DNA from: Malacoraja senta
Lineage: Eukaryota
Assembly: GCA_038087875.1 (NCBI GenBank)
Contig: CM075992.1
Location: 9,674,001 to 9,738,000 of the forward strand
Length of the DNA: 64,000 bases
Reading direction: 5' to 3'
Part shown: one piece after another, positions 63,716 to 64,000 of the stretch
Numbering within the stretch: the stretch's first letter is position 1
Layout of the letters: every line of letters starts with the position of its first letter
Translations under genes and position numbers: made by a program
Notes under the pieces: model-generated
Database searches by the model: none
Seen by the model: the letters and a program-made list of their open reading frames with translations, nothing else
What the model was told of the DNA's origin: nothing

Positions 63716-63743
63716 CTGAAGAAGGGTCTCGACCCGAAACGTC
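63716..63743 (+). ncRNA. Minimal hammerhead ribozyme motif, copy 2 of tandem pair
   Basis: Identical 28-nt core 463 bp downstream, after a GIY-YIG remnant (~63447-63520). Confidence 0.65.
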
Positions 63744-63786
63744 ACCCATTCCTTTTCTCCAATGATGCTGCCTGTCCCGTTGAGTT

Positions 63787-64000
63787 AGACATAGAAAATA
63801 GGTGCAGGAGGAGGCCATTCGGCCCTTCGAGCCAGCACCGCCATTCATTGTGATCATGGCTGATCGTCCCCTATCAATAACCCGTGCCTGCCATCTCCCC
63901 ATATCCCTTGATTCCACTAGCCCCTAGAGCTCTCTTAAATCCATCCAGTGACTTGGCCTCCACTGCCCTCTGTGGCAGGGAATTCCATAAATTCACAACT
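63787..64000 (-). mobile_element. CR1 3' end
   Basis: Reverse complement of the CR1 tail and RVVNLWNSLPQRAV. Confidence 0.85.

Overview
Repeat-saturated vertebrate genomic DNA. The repeat complement (HE1/V-SINEs ending in (AAACT)n, HER1/CR1 LINE pieces, Rex1/Babar LINEs, Penelope-like elements) points to a cartilaginous fish, most likely a skate or ray (inference, no search run). No recognisable host protein-coding gene was found. Nearly every long ORF is transposon-derived or read from (CA)n/(TG)n low-complexity DNA. Main elements: the 5' half of a decayed BEL/Pao LTR retrotransposon (1-4098, -); a structurally complete but coding-dead DIRS tyrosine-recombinase retrotransposon with ITRs and ICR (36032-40713); a 5'-truncated, uninterrupted Vingi-like LINE with a 7-bp TSD (43397-44369); a long nested CR1 (44610-48030); PIF/Harbinger MITEs with TAA/TTA TSDs; a tRNA-Lys(CTT) pseudogene inserted in a SINE; and a 200-N gap. 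The most interesting non-coding signal is about 20 copies of a minimal type-I hammerhead ribozyme motif (CTGAAGA-A-GGGTCTCGACCC-GAAAC-GTC) carried in Penelope terminal repeats. These occur as a tandem direct pair and as fold-back pairs. A few unique islands hold weak candidate minus-strand exons and regulatory motif clusters. Most repeat boundaries were read by eye and are approximate.
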